Of a stretch of 57,725 nucleotides of DNA, positions 16,700 to 26,120 are shown in pieces; the first letter of the stretch is position 1; each line of letters begins with the position of its first letter. The position numbers and the translations under genes are program-made. The stretch spans positions 1 to 57,725 of the IMG/VR virus record IMGVR_UViG_3300044703_000050. The stretch is one strand, 5' to 3'. The notes beneath the pieces were generated by a model. That model saw only the letters and a program-made list of their open reading frames with translations. It ran no database searches and was not told where the DNA came from. This stretch comes from a virus (Duplodnaviria; Caudoviricetes).

Positions 16700-16968
16700 G
16701 CGCCGCCGCCGCCGCCAAGGAAGAACCCGCCACCCGCTTCGCCAAGGACCAGCTCAAGGCCTTCGTCGAGCGCATCGAGCGGCTCGAGGAAGAGAAGAAG
16801 GCGATCGCCGATGATATCCGCGACGTCTACGCGGAAGCCAAGGGCACCGGTTTCGACGTCAAGGCGCTGCGGGCGATCGTGAAGCTGCGCAAGCAGGACG
16901 TCGACGAGCGCAAGGAGCACGAAGCGATCCTCGAGACCTACATGCACGCCTTGGGGATGCTGTCATGA
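16696..16968 (+). CDS. gapR: DUF2312 / GapR-like nucleoid-associated protein
   Basis: [42 protein letters not shown]. Confidence 0.92.
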   Translation: MSAAAAAKEEPATRFAKDQLKAFVERIERLEEEKKAIADDIRDVYAEAKGTGFDVKALRAIVKLRKQDVDERKEHEAILETYMHALGMLS

Positions 16969-17495
16969 GTTCGCCGCCGCGACGAGGACGACAGAGTGTG
17001 CCGGTAGCCGCATCCCGGCACGCGCCGTCGCGCGGCGTTCCACGGCCCCGCCCGAGTCCGCACCAAGGCCCGGGCGGGGCCGACCATCAGGCGACACGGT
17101 GTTCGCCGCCGGAACAGAAAGTGCCCCGAGCAGCAGCGGGACGAGATCTGTTCGGCGGCGGCGTACGGTCCCGCCCGGGACAACATCAAGGACACCCGGG
17201 CGGGACCGATTGCGCACTCAAGCCTGGCAGCCTGGTGCAGGCCGCGCAGACTGACCTGCAGCTCTACCGCAAGAAGCGCGAAGGCGACGCCGATCGGTTC
17301 CAGCCCTACGCGTTCCATCGCGATCACGTCGGCGCCGCCGACGGCGCGATCGCGCTCCTCGCGCTGGCGCTGGCCGAGCGCGCGATCGGCGCCAAGAGCG
17401 GCAAGCGCATCACGCGCCTGATCTATGGCGACGAGCCGCTGCTGGCGGCGGCGCTCGCTGCAGTGCGGACGCCGGTGCTCACGGCGGTGAACTGA
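16965..17495 (+). CDS. Hypothetical protein
   Basis: Fills the operon; ATGA-coupled. Confidence 0.5.
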   Translation: MSSPPRRGRQSVPVAASRHAPSRGVPRPRPSPHQGPGGADHQATRCSPPEQKVPRAAAGRDLFGGGVRSRPGQHQGHPGGTDCALKPGSLVQAAQTDLQLYRKKREGDADRFQPYAFHRDHVGAADGAIALLALALAERAIGAKSGKRITRLIYGDEPLLAAALAAVRTPVLTAVN

Positions 17496-17508
17496 TGACG
17501 AGACGGTT

Positions 17509-18147
17509 ATGACTCGCGCACCCCGCCCGCTGCGCGGCCCCCCCCGCAAGCTCGTCAGCCGCAAGTGGGCGCGCGAGCCCGACGACTGGTACATCGAAGA
17601 AGATTGGTGCGACAACCGTCTATTCGATGTCGAGTCGTTCGAAGGCCGGATTGTCGATCCGGCCTGCGGCAGCGGCCGCGTTATCAAGGCGGCGCGCGCG
17701 GCCGGACATGACGCGGAAGGATTCGATCTTCGCCGTCGTCCGCATTTTCGTCACAAGGTGGCGGATTTTTTCGAGGCCTCGCGGCCGGTGCCGAACTTCG
17801 TATCTAATGCGCCGTTCAAGTTCGCGCTGGCGTTCGTCGGGCATGCACTCACGCTCGCGACGCGCAAGGTCGCCATCCTGCTGCCACCGGGATGGGCGCA
17901 GGCGGATTGGCGCTCGACCTGGCTCGAGCGCACGCCGTTGCGGCGCATCTGGCTGTTGACGCCGCGGCCGTCGATGCCGCCCGGGCCTTTCGTGTTCGCG
18001 ACGCGCGCGCCCGGCGAGCGGGTCGGCAATGGAACGACTGACTATGCGTGGTTTGTCTGGGAGCAGGGCTACGTCGGCCCGTGGGAGACGCGCGTGCTCC
18101 GGCGCGATGATGTGAAGGGCGCAGCGATTGTTGCTGCATCAAAATGA
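17509..18147 (+). CDS. Phage DNA amino-methyltransferase-like protein
   Basis: DDWY, IVDPACGSG (SAM binding), VSNAPF (motif IV variant), DYAWFVW. Confidence 0.8.
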   Translation: MTRAPRPLRGPPRKLVSRKWAREPDDWYIEEDWCDNRLFDVESFEGRIVDPACGSGRVIKAARAAGHDAEGFDLRRRPHFRHKVADFFEASRPVPNFVSNAPFKFALAFVGHALTLATRKVAILLPPGWAQADWRSTWLERTPLRRIWLLTPRPSMPPGPFVFATRAPGERVGNGTTDYAWFVWEQGYVGPWETRVLRRDDVKGAAIVAASK

Positions 18148-18305
18148 GCTTCGTACCTGTTGCGTCCCCGAGTTCCGGGCCTGACCTCCGCGCGCAGAGC
18201 ATCCCATGGTGCTCATCTTAGCCCGCGTTCCAAAGGCCCGTCGCCTGTAACCGAGTAGCCATCCCCGCTGTCCCCGCTCTACACAGGGCAAAAACGGAGT
18301 TGTGA

Positions 18306-18998
18306 ATGTCACCAATCAGCGCCCGCGTCCTAGCGGCGCTTGTGGCCGCCGGTGCGACCACCGAGCAGCTCGTCGCCGCGGTCAAGGCGGAAGAAGCCGC
18401 CGAGGCCGAGCGGCAGGCCGCGGCGGAGGAGCGCAAGGAACAACGGCGCGAGAAGGAGCGTCTGAAGAAAAGAAAGTATCGCGCGAAACAATGTCCCCCG
18501 ATGTCCCCGGGGACAAACGGGGACATCGGGGGACCCCCCTCTTTTCCCCCTATAACCCCCTTATCTCCCCCGGGTGGTGGTGATGGTGGTGGTGACGCGC
18601 GCGTGCGTGAAGCCGCGGCCCTGGCGCAGGATGTGTTCGTGCTCGTCGGCATCGATCTCGAGTTCGTGCCGCCGCTGTGGTGTGGGCTCGCGATGTTCCT
18701 GCAGGCTGGCCTTGCCGGCGGCTGGAAACCCGACGTCGTTCGGCTGGCAGTGCGCAAGGTGATGGCGCAACGCCGGCAGGACGGCGCGCCCACCTCGTTC
18801 CGCTATTTCGAAAAGCCGATCACGCGCGAGCACGAGCTCGCCGCGCGGCCGGTGCCCCCTGTCCCTTCCAGCGACGGAGATTTCCATGCGCCAACTCAGC
18901 GCGAGCTTACCCTCGTTCGCAGCGTCCCCGCCCGCGGCAGCGCCGGCTTCACGGCCATCGCCGCTGAAAAGGCCCGCCGCCGTACCGGCGGTGCATGA
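18306..18998 (+). CDS. Putative replication initiator
   Basis: Position; LVAAGAT.EQLV N-terminus, charged RxRKxKYR helix, internal inverted repeat, and SFRYFEKPI C-terminus (DnaD-like). Confidence 0.65.
   Translation: MSPISARVLAALVAAGATTEQLVAAVKAEEAAEAERQAAAEERKEQRREKERLKKRKYRAKQCPPMSPGTNGDIGGPPSFPPITPLSPPGGGDGGGDARVREAAALAQDVFVLVGIDLEFVPPLWCGLAMFLQAGLAGGWKPDVVRLAVRKVMAQRRQDGAPTSFRYFEKPITREHELAARPVPPVPSSDGDFHAPTQRELTLVRSVPARGSAGFTAIAAEKARRRTGGA
18491..18540. repeat. Perfect 17-bp inverted repeat with iteron-like TGTCCCC units; candidate replication origin
   Basis: GTCCCCCGATGTCCCCG (18493-18509) and CGGGGACATCGGGGGAC (18518-18534), inside the initiator gene. Confidence 0.65.
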
Positions 18999-19704
18999 CA
19001 ACCACGTCGAGAGCGAGCTGCCTGATCGGCTCATGTCGTTCTGGCAGGTGACCGAGGACGGCTTCGCCAAAGCGCCACGCACGCTCTGCCGGGCATTACG
19101 GGATATCGAGCGCGCGGCCATTGAGACGCGCGTTGCCGCGCTCAAAGCGGCGCTGTTGCCTTACACCGAGCAGGAACGCGAGGCAGTCGAGATCGCGATC
19201 GGCGCGACCATCGGCGGCTTTCGCTCGATGCGCCAGGAAGGCGCCGCGGCGATCGCGATTGTCGATTCGATCGTTGAACTGGTGGCGGAATTTCCGCCCT
19301 GGGCGATTGCGCAAGGGTGCCAGCTGATCCGCTCGCGCAAGACGGGTTTCTTGAAGCCGCCGATGAACCCGGAATTTCCCCCCAACGATTGTCGCGTCTA
19401 CGAGGTGGTCGAGCATGTCGTCACGCCGTATCGGCGCGCGCTCGCTCTCGCCCATGCGTTGCTGTCGGCGCCGGTCGAGCCGCCGCCGCCCTCGATTGAG
19501 GTAGAGGCCAAAGTCAGCGCCGGCTTGGAACGGCTGGCGTCGTCGATCAAGCCGGCCGGCCTCGTGGATGTGCTGGACGAGCGCGCCCGTGTGATCGCAC
19601 GCCAGATCGACGTCCGGGCCCGGGCGATGCGGGTCGAGGTCGAGCTCGCGGCCAAGCGGGCGGCGCGCGAGACGCAGACAATCGAGGCGGCGATCGATGC
19701 CTAG
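18886..19704 (+). CDS. Putative replication accessory (helicase-loader-like) protein
   Basis: Follows the initiator; EFPPWAIAQGC...FPP; GGAG upstream. Confidence 0.6.
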   Translation: MRQLSASLPSFAASPPAAAPASRPSPLKRPAAVPAVHDNHVESELPDRLMSFWQVTEDGFAKAPRTLCRALRDIERAAIETRVAALKAALLPYTEQEREAVEIAIGATIGGFRSMRQEGAAAIAIVDSIVELVAEFPPWAIAQGCQLIRSRKTGFLKPPMNPEFPPNDCRVYEVVEHVVTPYRRALALAHALLSAPVEPPPPSIEVEAKVSAGLERLASSIKPAGLVDVLDERARVIARQIDVRARAMRVEVELAAKRAARETQTIEAAIDA

Positions 19705-19885
19705 CGCCGACGTGATCATCCTGCCGGTGCTCGACACGAAGGCCGAGACGCGCGTGCCGGCCGGCGTCGATCTCGGTCAACAGCAACTCTTGCCGTCGAG
19801 CGACCGCCGCAAGGTGGTCGATCTGCTGCAGGTGAAGGTGGCGCGCGAAATGGCGCGCGTGAGCGAAGGAGGCAAGGATGTCTGA
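19697..19885 (+). CDS. Hypothetical protein
   Basis: Overlap-coupled; SADVIILPV motif. Confidence 0.6.
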   Translation: MPSADVIILPVLDTKAETRVPAGVDLGQQQLLPSSDRRKVVDLLQVKVAREMARVSEGGKDV

Positions 19886-20213
19886 CGTCGAACAGGACGA
19901 CGACACCGTAAGGCGGCCGGCGGAGCCCGGACCATCGCCCGCGGAACCCGCACCATCACCCGGCCAGGTGCTGCTCGAGCGGCTGCTGGCGGTCCGCGGC
20001 GAGCTGATCAGCGCAGCGGTGACCCAGGACGCGGTGCTGACCAGCCTGCGCGGCCCGACGGCGAGCAAGGACCCCGCAGGCAGCCTGGTGGCGAACGCCG
20101 TGCCCTCGACGACGTCGAGCTTCTTCCCGGCGGCGGAGCGGCTTGCTGGCGACCTTGAGGCCCTGGCTGCCCGGCTGGCGCGGCAGGCGAGCGAGCTGGC
20201 GACCAAGTTCTGA
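19878..20213 (+). CDS. Hypothetical protein
   Basis: GGAGG RBS; overlap-coupled. Confidence 0.6.
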   Translation: MSDVEQDDDTVRRPAEPGPSPAEPAPSPGQVLLERLLAVRGELISAAVTQDAVLTSLRGPTASKDPAGSLVANAVPSTTSSFFPAAERLAGDLEALAARLARQASELATKF

Positions 20214-20328
20214 CGGCCCGTACGCTCCCGTACCGCTTGAGAGTCCCGCCGCAAGCCACGGGTGTCTATCGCCTTTTTTCCCGGATTGCGGTAGGGTCTC
20301 ACCCTGAGGGCAATCAGGGGTGCCGGGA

Positions 20329-20712
20329 ATGGCCATCCAGGGGCGGGACGAGCGCGGGGTTTCCGTCGTACTCGGGGATCCGGTCCTCATGCCGTATGGC
20401 GTCGAGCAATACCAATCCGGCCCTGTCACCTATCGCCACCTCATCATCGGCGGCACCCACTGGTTGGGCATCTTCGAGGCCAAGCACGACGGCGTGGGCT
20501 GGTTCGTGGTGCGGACCTCGCGCCGGCCGCTGGTGCTGATGCCGGGCGATCACATCAACATCCGGGTCAGGGTGGTCGAGGACCACGGCAACGCGGTCGT
20601 GGTCGAGTTTAACGACCCCAACCGCGGCCGCAGCGAGCGCGCGATCGCGCGCCAGGACATCGTCTTCATCGAGGAGAGGCCGGGCCCGATCACGACCGAG
20701 CAGAATCGTTAA
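20329..20712 (+). CDS. Hypothetical beta-rich protein
   Basis: Open ORF with globular composition. Confidence 0.6.
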   Translation: MAIQGRDERGVSVVLGDPVLMPYGVEQYQSGPVTYRHLIIGGTHWLGIFEAKHDGVGWFVVRTSRRPLVLMPGDHINIRVRVVEDHGNAVVVEFNDPNRGRSERAIARQDIVFIEERPGPITTEQNR

Positions 20713-20736
20713 GGGTTCGGGAAGCCAGCCGGGGTT

Positions 20737-21156
20737 ATGCCTGACGCTGCAAGGCGTTCCGGCATGGGTCTCGCGTACCGTCTCACCTTCCTTTTGCCGC
20801 CCGCTCTGGCCCTGGTGCCGGCCGGGCGGCATTCGCCATGCATCGCCGGCTGCGTGCTGGTGATCGAAGCGGACCAGCCGCTCGTGGTGCTGACCGGGCC
20901 CTCGCGCGAGCAGCTGTTCGAGCAGGCGGGGCGATTCCTCAAAGTGGTGAGCAAGGGCGCTGGGCCGCAGACGATCGCGGCCATCCTGGAATCGCCGTGC
21001 GGGCGGCGCGACGGCTGGTCGATCGCCATCAACGCCAAGATCGTGTTCGCGCCGACGGCGCTCGGCGTGGACATCTTTCCGCGGCAGGTTCCGATGCCGG
21101 CGATGCTGAAGGATCCTGGCCGGCCATGGCCGCGGCCGCGGCTGGTGGTCGGGTGA
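20737..21156 (+). CDS. Hypothetical protein
   Basis: Open ORF in operon orientation. Confidence 0.55.
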   Translation: MPDAARRSGMGLAYRLTFLLPPALALVPAGRHSPCIAGCVLVIEADQPLVVLTGPSREQLFEQAGRFLKVVSKGAGPQTIAAILESPCGRRDGWSIAINAKIVFAPTALGVDIFPRQVPMPAMLKDPGRPWPRPRLVVG

Positions 21157-21185
21157 TGTTGAGTGGCGTTATAGCGGAGTGTGCG

Positions 21186-21899
21186 TTGGGGCGGACTGGG
21201 CGCAAGCGTAAACCGGGCAAGCGGTATCCATCGGGTGGACTCGTCCCGGTCGATCGATTCCCTGATGATCGCACACGCGCCGGCCGACAGCCGCACCGGC
21301 GCGGATTGAAAGACGATGATCGCTTGAGTGAGCAGGCGGAATCGCCGCTCGGTTACATGCATCTGTCGGGGCAGCTCAAGGTCGACCTGACTCAGTACGA
21401 GGACAGCGCCGACGCCGAGGCGCGCTATCAGGCCGGCGACCTCTATGCCAAGCTCGTGGGTGCCTACCGCAGCGTGATCGAGACACCGCGCGGCAGCGGC
21501 GGCTCGGGGCTGTCGGCGATGATCGCCGCCGAGCGGGTCGCTATACCCGATGACACCGAGACCCCGCAGCGCGGGTTCGGTTGCCCGTCGGACTTCGGCG
21601 AACCCATCGAGCGCTCGGTGCGCATCGGTGCGCACAGCCTCACGGTGCGGGAATGGCCGTGCGAACGTGATCCGGACGGCTGCGCCTGTGCGCGGCGCAA
21701 GGCACGCTACGACAACGCCTTCGAAGCACTGATGGCCGTCGGGCAGCGCGCGGCCAAGGTGGTGGCGCGCGTCGTCGTGCACCGCGAGGCAATCGCGCCG
21801 CAAGACCGTGTTTACCTTGTTGCCGGTTTGGAGGCGCTGGCGCGTCACTTCGGATTGACGGAACGCCAGCGACGACGGCACTCTCGAAATGCATCTTGA
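21186..21899 (+). CDS. Putative late-gene regulator (Q-position protein)
   Basis: GRKRKPGKRYPSG N-terminus, ESPLG, RYQAG..YA, GLEALARHFGL C-terminus; located at the end of the early-right operon. Confidence 0.6.
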   Translation: MGRTGRKRKPGKRYPSGGLVPVDRFPDDRTRAGRQPHRRGLKDDDRLSEQAESPLGYMHLSGQLKVDLTQYEDSADAEARYQAGDLYAKLVGAYRSVIETPRGSGGSGLSAMIAAERVAIPDDTETPQRGFGCPSDFGEPIERSVRIGAHSLTVREWPCERDPDGCACARRKARYDNAFEALMAVGQRAAKVVARVVVHREAIAPQDRVYLVAGLEALARHFGLTERQRRRHSRNAS

Positions 21900-22125
21900 C
21901 GAAATCCGCCCGGGTCAGCTCCCGGGCGTTTCGATTCCGGGGGGTCGTCATGTGATCGACCCGCAGATCGCGACCGCGCTCGACACTCTCGCCGAGCGCA
22001 TCGCTCGCATCAAGGCTCCCTCGAGCCGCAACCCACATGCTTTCCACGAGGACCGCTCCGAAGTGGCCCACGAAGCGCGCTCAATCGCGACGTGGCTGCG
22101 CACCGGACGCAAGCCGGCGGATTAA
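21889..22125 (+). CDS. Hypothetical protein
   Basis: LAERIARIKAPSSRNPHAFHEDRSE. Confidence 0.6.
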   Translation: MHLDEIRPGQLPGVSIPGGRHVIDPQIATALDTLAERIARIKAPSSRNPHAFHEDRSEVAHEARSIATWLRTGRKPAD

Positions 22126-22960
22126 GGATGCAGCCGCGCACCTGGGATCAAAAATTCTACGCGCGGCGGGCGGAGCGGCCGTTGGCCGCGAGCATCATCG
22201 GCAGCCGTGGTCTGTATTCCATCGTCATGCCACCGCTTGCATCCGAAGGCATAGCGCAGCGGGTCATCCAGTCTGTGCGCGCCTGGATCGAGAAGCCGGT
22301 CCTCGGTCCGGGTGAACGGCGTCACCCTTCTTAGGACGCGTCCGCTTCGGCGGGCCGTCCGGCCCCGACGCTCGCGGATGTACCGACGTCGGCGGCCAGC
22401 AATCTGCAGCGCGAGGTGACCTTGGCGCGGTGGATCACCATAGAAGCTGAAAGAGTGCTCCGAGTTGCGCATGGTCGCGATGTCATCCTGTGCGACGACC
22501 ATTGCGCGGGGCCCGGTCACAATCGTGGTCAGGCTGTCAGATGAAGCGCTGCACAAGCTCTTTTACGAGCCTGAGCTAGTCAGCGAATAAGGAAGAGAAG
22601 AGGGGCGTGCGCGAAATGAACAAACTGACCGGCCGTCGTACGTACGTCCGTAAGAGCGACGGCGCAGTGATGGTCAAGGTCGCGCCTCATCGATTCGTGA
22701 ACCAACAGGCGGCAATCGCGCTTGGTCTGACTCCAATCCACAGCGCCACACTGCAACTTCATTTTCTCGATCAATTCATTGGTCGGAAAACGGAAGCGGG
22801 TGCTTCGGTGCCGGAGAGTATTCGTGGGAAGGGCCGCAGCCGGTGTCAGCCGGTTAGGCCCTAGCGGGGCTGACACACCGCCACCGGATGCTTCGCCGGC
22901 ACCGCAGCGCCTGCCGAAGTCTCCCGAGACTTCGGCAGCATGCGCGCGCCGGTCTCTAGA

Positions 22961-23161
22961 TCACGTCTTCGCCAGGAGCTCCTTGATGACGGCGACTATC
23001 TCCTGCTCCTCCGAGTGACCCTTCACGCTCTTGATGGCGAGGTTGAGGATGGTCGCGCCCTCGCTTCCGTCCAGGATGCCTTTGTTGTGAAGGTGCTTCA
23101 TTAGCGCGAGCGTCAGCGTAATGCCCGCGTGAGCAGCCGCTTCGGGGGTATGGGGTTTCAT
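22961..23161 (-). CDS. Small hypothetical protein
   Basis: MKPHTPEAAAHAG...LHNKGIL; divergent from the recombinase. Confidence 0.5.
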   Translation of the reverse strand: MKPHTPEAAAHAGITLTLALMKHLHNKGILDGSEGATILNLAIKSVKGHSEEQEIVAVIKELLAKT

Positions 23162-23197
23162 TTTGAACGTTCCTTCTAGGTTTCCACAGCCCTTATC

Positions 23198-24121
23198 ATG
23201 AAGGTCGGAGCGGGGCCTGCTCAAGGGGGCGAGGGGCGACATAGGTCCCGACGCGTCGCTCGGCTGCAGGAGCGGCGGGCGGCGGTCAGCGAGTCCCAGG
23301 CGGCCATCGCGTCCCATGCCGCCGGCTACGTCCGTGTCTCGACCGAGGAGCAGGCCACCCACGGCCACGGCCTCGAGGCGCAGGAGCGGGCGATCCGCGC
23401 CTTTGCCGACAGCCAGGGCTACGAGCTCGTCGGGGTTGTCGCAGATCCCGGCGTCTCCGGAGCAACCAGACCGGCCGAGCGGCCGGGCTTCGCGCAGCTG
23501 CTCGAGCGCGCCGCCGCCGGCGAGTACTCCATCCTGCTGGTCTGGAAATTCGACCGGCTGGCGCGTCAGATCGTCTATGCGGTGACCTCGGTCAACGAGC
23601 TCGCCGAGAAGCACGGCGTCGTGATTCGCTCGGTCACCGAGCCGATCGACACCTCGACGCCGATGGGCAAGACCATTTTCGCGGTGCTCGCCGGCATGGC
23701 CGAGCAAGAGCGCCAGGCCATCACCGAGCGCACCTGGCACGGGCGGCGCGAAAAGGCGGGGCAGGGCGGCTTCGCCGGCGGCGGCACGCCCTATGGCTAC
23801 CGGCGCGACCTCGAGGGCGGCCTGGTGGTCGACGAGCATGAGGCCGCAATCGTACGGCGCATGTTTGCGATGCGAGCGCTCGGGCTCGGCTACGCTCGGA
23901 TCGCACGCGAGCTGAATATACATGGCAACGGAACGCGGCGCGGATCTCCGTGGCGCCACGGCACCGTCGCCTACATCCTCGACAACCCCAAATACCAGGG
24001 CGACGTCGAATATCTGTTCCGCTGGTCCGGCGCCGAGGCGCACGTTCTTCGAGCAGGCGCTCACACACCAATCATCGAGCGCGCTGCCGAACCGAGCCCC
24101 TCGGCGCCGACGCCGGCGTGA
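23198..24121 (+). CDS. Serine recombinase (resolvase catalytic + recombinase domain)
   Basis: GYVRVSTEEQ, DPGVSG, RPGF, VWKFDRLAR, GGTPYGY, ILDNPKYQG. Confidence 0.93.
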   Translation: MKVGAGPAQGGEGRHRSRRVARLQERRAAVSESQAAIASHAAGYVRVSTEEQATHGHGLEAQERAIRAFADSQGYELVGVVADPGVSGATRPAERPGFAQLLERAAAGEYSILLVWKFDRLARQIVYAVTSVNELAEKHGVVIRSVTEPIDTSTPMGKTIFAVLAGMAEQERQAITERTWHGRREKAGQGGFAGGGTPYGYRRDLEGGLVVDEHEAAIVRRMFAMRALGLGYARIARELNIHGNGTRRGSPWRHGTVAYILDNPKYQGDVEYLFRWSGAEAHVLRAGAHTPIIERAAEPSPSAPTPA

Positions 24122-24188
24122 CACGAGTCCACGAATATGATTCTCCTGTTAGGTTCGCTTCGAAGCGATCGCACAGGAGGCCAAAAGA

Positions 24189-24296
24189 ATGGCTACGACC
24201 ACTACCAAACGGAAGCCCGCGACGGCGAAGAAAAGGCCGAGCGCGCGCACCACGGCGCGGCGCAACGCGAGCGCGCGCACGAAGCCCAAGCGCTGA
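24189..24296 (+). CDS. 35-aa Lys/Arg/Ala/Thr-rich basic peptide
   Basis: Manual translation: MATTTTKRKPATAKKRPSARTTARRNASARTKPKR; AGGAGG RBS; terminator downstream. Confidence 0.6.
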   Translation: MATTTTKRKPATAKKRPSARTTARRNASARTKPKR

Positions 24297-24317
24297 CGAG
24301 GCGGTAGGGAGCTTCTG

Positions 24318-24350
24318 AAGGGCCGTCACCTGGTGGCGGCCCTTTTGTTT
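24318..24350 (+). terminator. Rho-independent terminator
   Basis: AAGGGCCGTCAC-CTG-GTGGCGGCCCTT followed by TTGTTT. Confidence 0.75.
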
Positions 24351-24362
24351 TGAGGTGTTGCG

Positions 24363-24566
24363 ATGGCGATCGCCAGCTCGGCCAGGCCGCGCGGGCCGAA
24401 CGCCAAAACCCGCCGCCTGATCTACGGCTGGATCTCCGACGATGCGTACGCGGCATTCGAGTGCGCGGCCGCCTCGCGCGGCGAGCATGTCGACGTGCTG
24501 GTGGCGCGGACGTTCGAGCTGATCGGCCGCGAGGATGCGATCGCAGCGATACTCGATGAGGCGTGA
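24363..24566 (+). CDS. Hypothetical (RHH-like) protein
   Basis: GAGGT RBS; short ORF. Confidence 0.55.
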   Translation: MAIASSARPRGPNAKTRRLIYGWISDDAYAAFECAAASRGEHVDVLVARTFELIGREDAIAAILDEA

Positions 24567-24572
24567 CCGATC

Positions 24573-24941
24573 GTGACCGAACCCACGAAGCCCACCAACA
24601 ATCTTCGCCGGATGATTAGGCCGACGCCCGAGGAGCGCGTTCGATTTTCCGAGCGTTGCGCCAGCAGCGTCTGTGCCGCAGCCCGCGCGCTGCGCGACCG
24701 CTTTAAAGAACTCGGCATCCGCGCGCCATTCTCCGATGACGACGCTGCTTGGTGTGACCTTGCCGACGTCGCCCTCCGCGGGGCAAAGGCCACGGGCAAA
24801 TCTCCCGCTGACCTGATTGGGGAAGCAGTTGTCGAAGGCAACATCAGCTGGGGCACGGAAGAGCTTGGCCGGATGGCTATGAAAGCTCTTGAAGAGGCCG
24901 GATATACGATTGTCAGGAGGAACGACCATGGCAAAGAATAA
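24573..24941 (+). CDS. Hypothetical protein
   Basis: Operon position; ALEEAGYTIV C-terminus. Confidence 0.55.
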   Translation: MTEPTKPTNNLRRMIRPTPEERVRFSERCASSVCAAARALRDRFKELGIRAPFSDDDAAWCDLADVALRGAKATGKSPADLIGEAVVEGNISWGTEELGRMAMKALEEAGYTIVRRNDHGKE

Positions 24942-25173
24942 AGGTGCCTCCGCCCCCGTCGCTGACCGCGATTGGGAGATCGACGACGCCGTGCGCACGC
25001 TCACCCGTGCCCAGGAGATCGAGGCCGATCCGAAGCTGATGGAGAAGGTCAAGAAGCGCGCTGCCGAACAGGCGGCCGAGCTCACCGAGGTGGCCGGCTC
25101 CAAGGTCGCCGCCATGGTCAAGCGCGGGCTGATCTCGGAGAAGCAGGCGGCGAAGCTCAAGGGCGCTCAATGA
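24928..25173 (+). CDS. Hypothetical protein
   Basis: AGGAGG RBS; DWEIDDAVRTLTRAQEIEADPKLM. Confidence 0.7.
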   Translation: MAKNKGASAPVADRDWEIDDAVRTLTRAQEIEADPKLMEKVKKRAAEQAAELTEVAGSKVAAMVKRGLISEKQAAKLKGAQ

Positions 25174-25346
25174 CGCTCGCTATGAGGCTTCAAAGCCAGC
25201 GGCGAACGCCGCTTGCGGCGACGAACAAGACGCTGGCCAAGCTCGTGGCGGCTGGCGCGTGCACGTTTGCAGAGGCGATCGAACTACGGGGATCATTCAG
25301 TCGGGCCTTGAAGCCGCGCAAGCTCAACGGCAACGGTTGCCGTTGA
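25170..25346 (+). CDS. Small basic hypothetical protein
   Basis: ATGA and TGATG coupling on the two sides. Confidence 0.5.
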   Translation: MTLAMRLQSQRRTPLAATNKTLAKLVAAGACTFAEAIELRGSFSRALKPRKLNGNGCR

Positions 25347-25528
25347 TGGCTGAAACCGTCGTCCAGCCCAACAACAAAGCGGTCGCCTTCCAGGGCAAGC
25401 CCTCGCGCGAGTCCCGGGCCCCCGGCATCAAGGCCAAGGCCAAGAAGCTCCACCGCCGCGGCATGATCTCGGCAAAAGAGCTCGACAAGCTCACAGGGCT
25501 CACCGAGCATGACCGAGAGCAAGGCTAA
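25346..25528 (+). CDS. Small basic hypothetical protein
   Basis: MAETVVQPNNK...RRGMISAKE; overlaps the terS start. Confidence 0.55.
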   Translation: MAETVVQPNNKAVAFQGKPSRESRAPGIKAKAKKLHRRGMISAKELDKLTGLTEHDREQG

Positions 25529-26120
25529 AGCGTTCCCGGCGCGCCATGCGCGTTTCGTCGCCGAGTACCTGATCGACTTCAACGGCGCCAAGGCCGCGGT
25601 GCGGGCGGGCTATTCGGCGCGGCGGGCGAAGCAGACGGCGTCGGAGCTTTTGGCGCGCGACGAGATCGCGGCGGCGATCGCCGAGGGCCAGCAGCAGCTC
25701 GCGGCGCGGGCCACGGTCACGGTGGACGAGGTGGTGGCGGCGCTCACGACCGTACTGCGCGCCAACGTCCTGGACTACATGCGGGTCGGGCCCGAGGGCG
25801 AACCAATCGCCGATTTCAGCGAGATGACGCGCGAGCAGGCCGCGGCGGTGTCGGAGGTCACGGTCGAGGACTTTGTCGACGGCCGCGGTGACGATGCCCG
25901 CGACGTCAAGCGGGTGCGCTTCAAGCTGCACGACAAGCTGTCGGCGGCCGACAAACTGATGCGCCACCTCGGTGGCTACGCGCCGGTCCGCATCGGCAAC
26001 GCGCCAGGCGAGACGTTTAAGACCAGTCAGGCGGCGCATGAATTTACCGACGCGGAGCTCGTCGCTATCGCCCTCGGCGGCCGCGGCGGAGCTGCTCCGG
26101 AGGAGACGGGCGCGCGATAG
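25509..26120 (+). CDS. terS: Terminase small subunit
   Basis: RFVAEYLIDFNGAKAAVRAGYS...KLHDKLSAADKLMRHLG. Confidence 0.92.
   Translation: MTESKAKAFPARHARFVAEYLIDFNGAKAAVRAGYSARRAKQTASELLARDEIAAAIAEGQQQLAARATVTVDEVVAALTTVLRANVLDYMRVGPEGEPIADFSEMTREQAAAVSEVTVEDFVDGRGDDARDVKRVRFKLHDKLSAADKLMRHLGGYAPVRIGNAPGETFKTSQAAHEFTDAELVAIALGGRGGAAPEETGAR

Noticed and set aside
17509-18147. Restriction-modification system
   Set aside because: No cognate endonuclease nearby; orphan methylase-like genes are routine in temperate phages.
25972-26120. Programmed terS-terL frameshift
   Set aside because: An in-frame ATG at 26038 explains the overlap, and no slippery sequence is evident.
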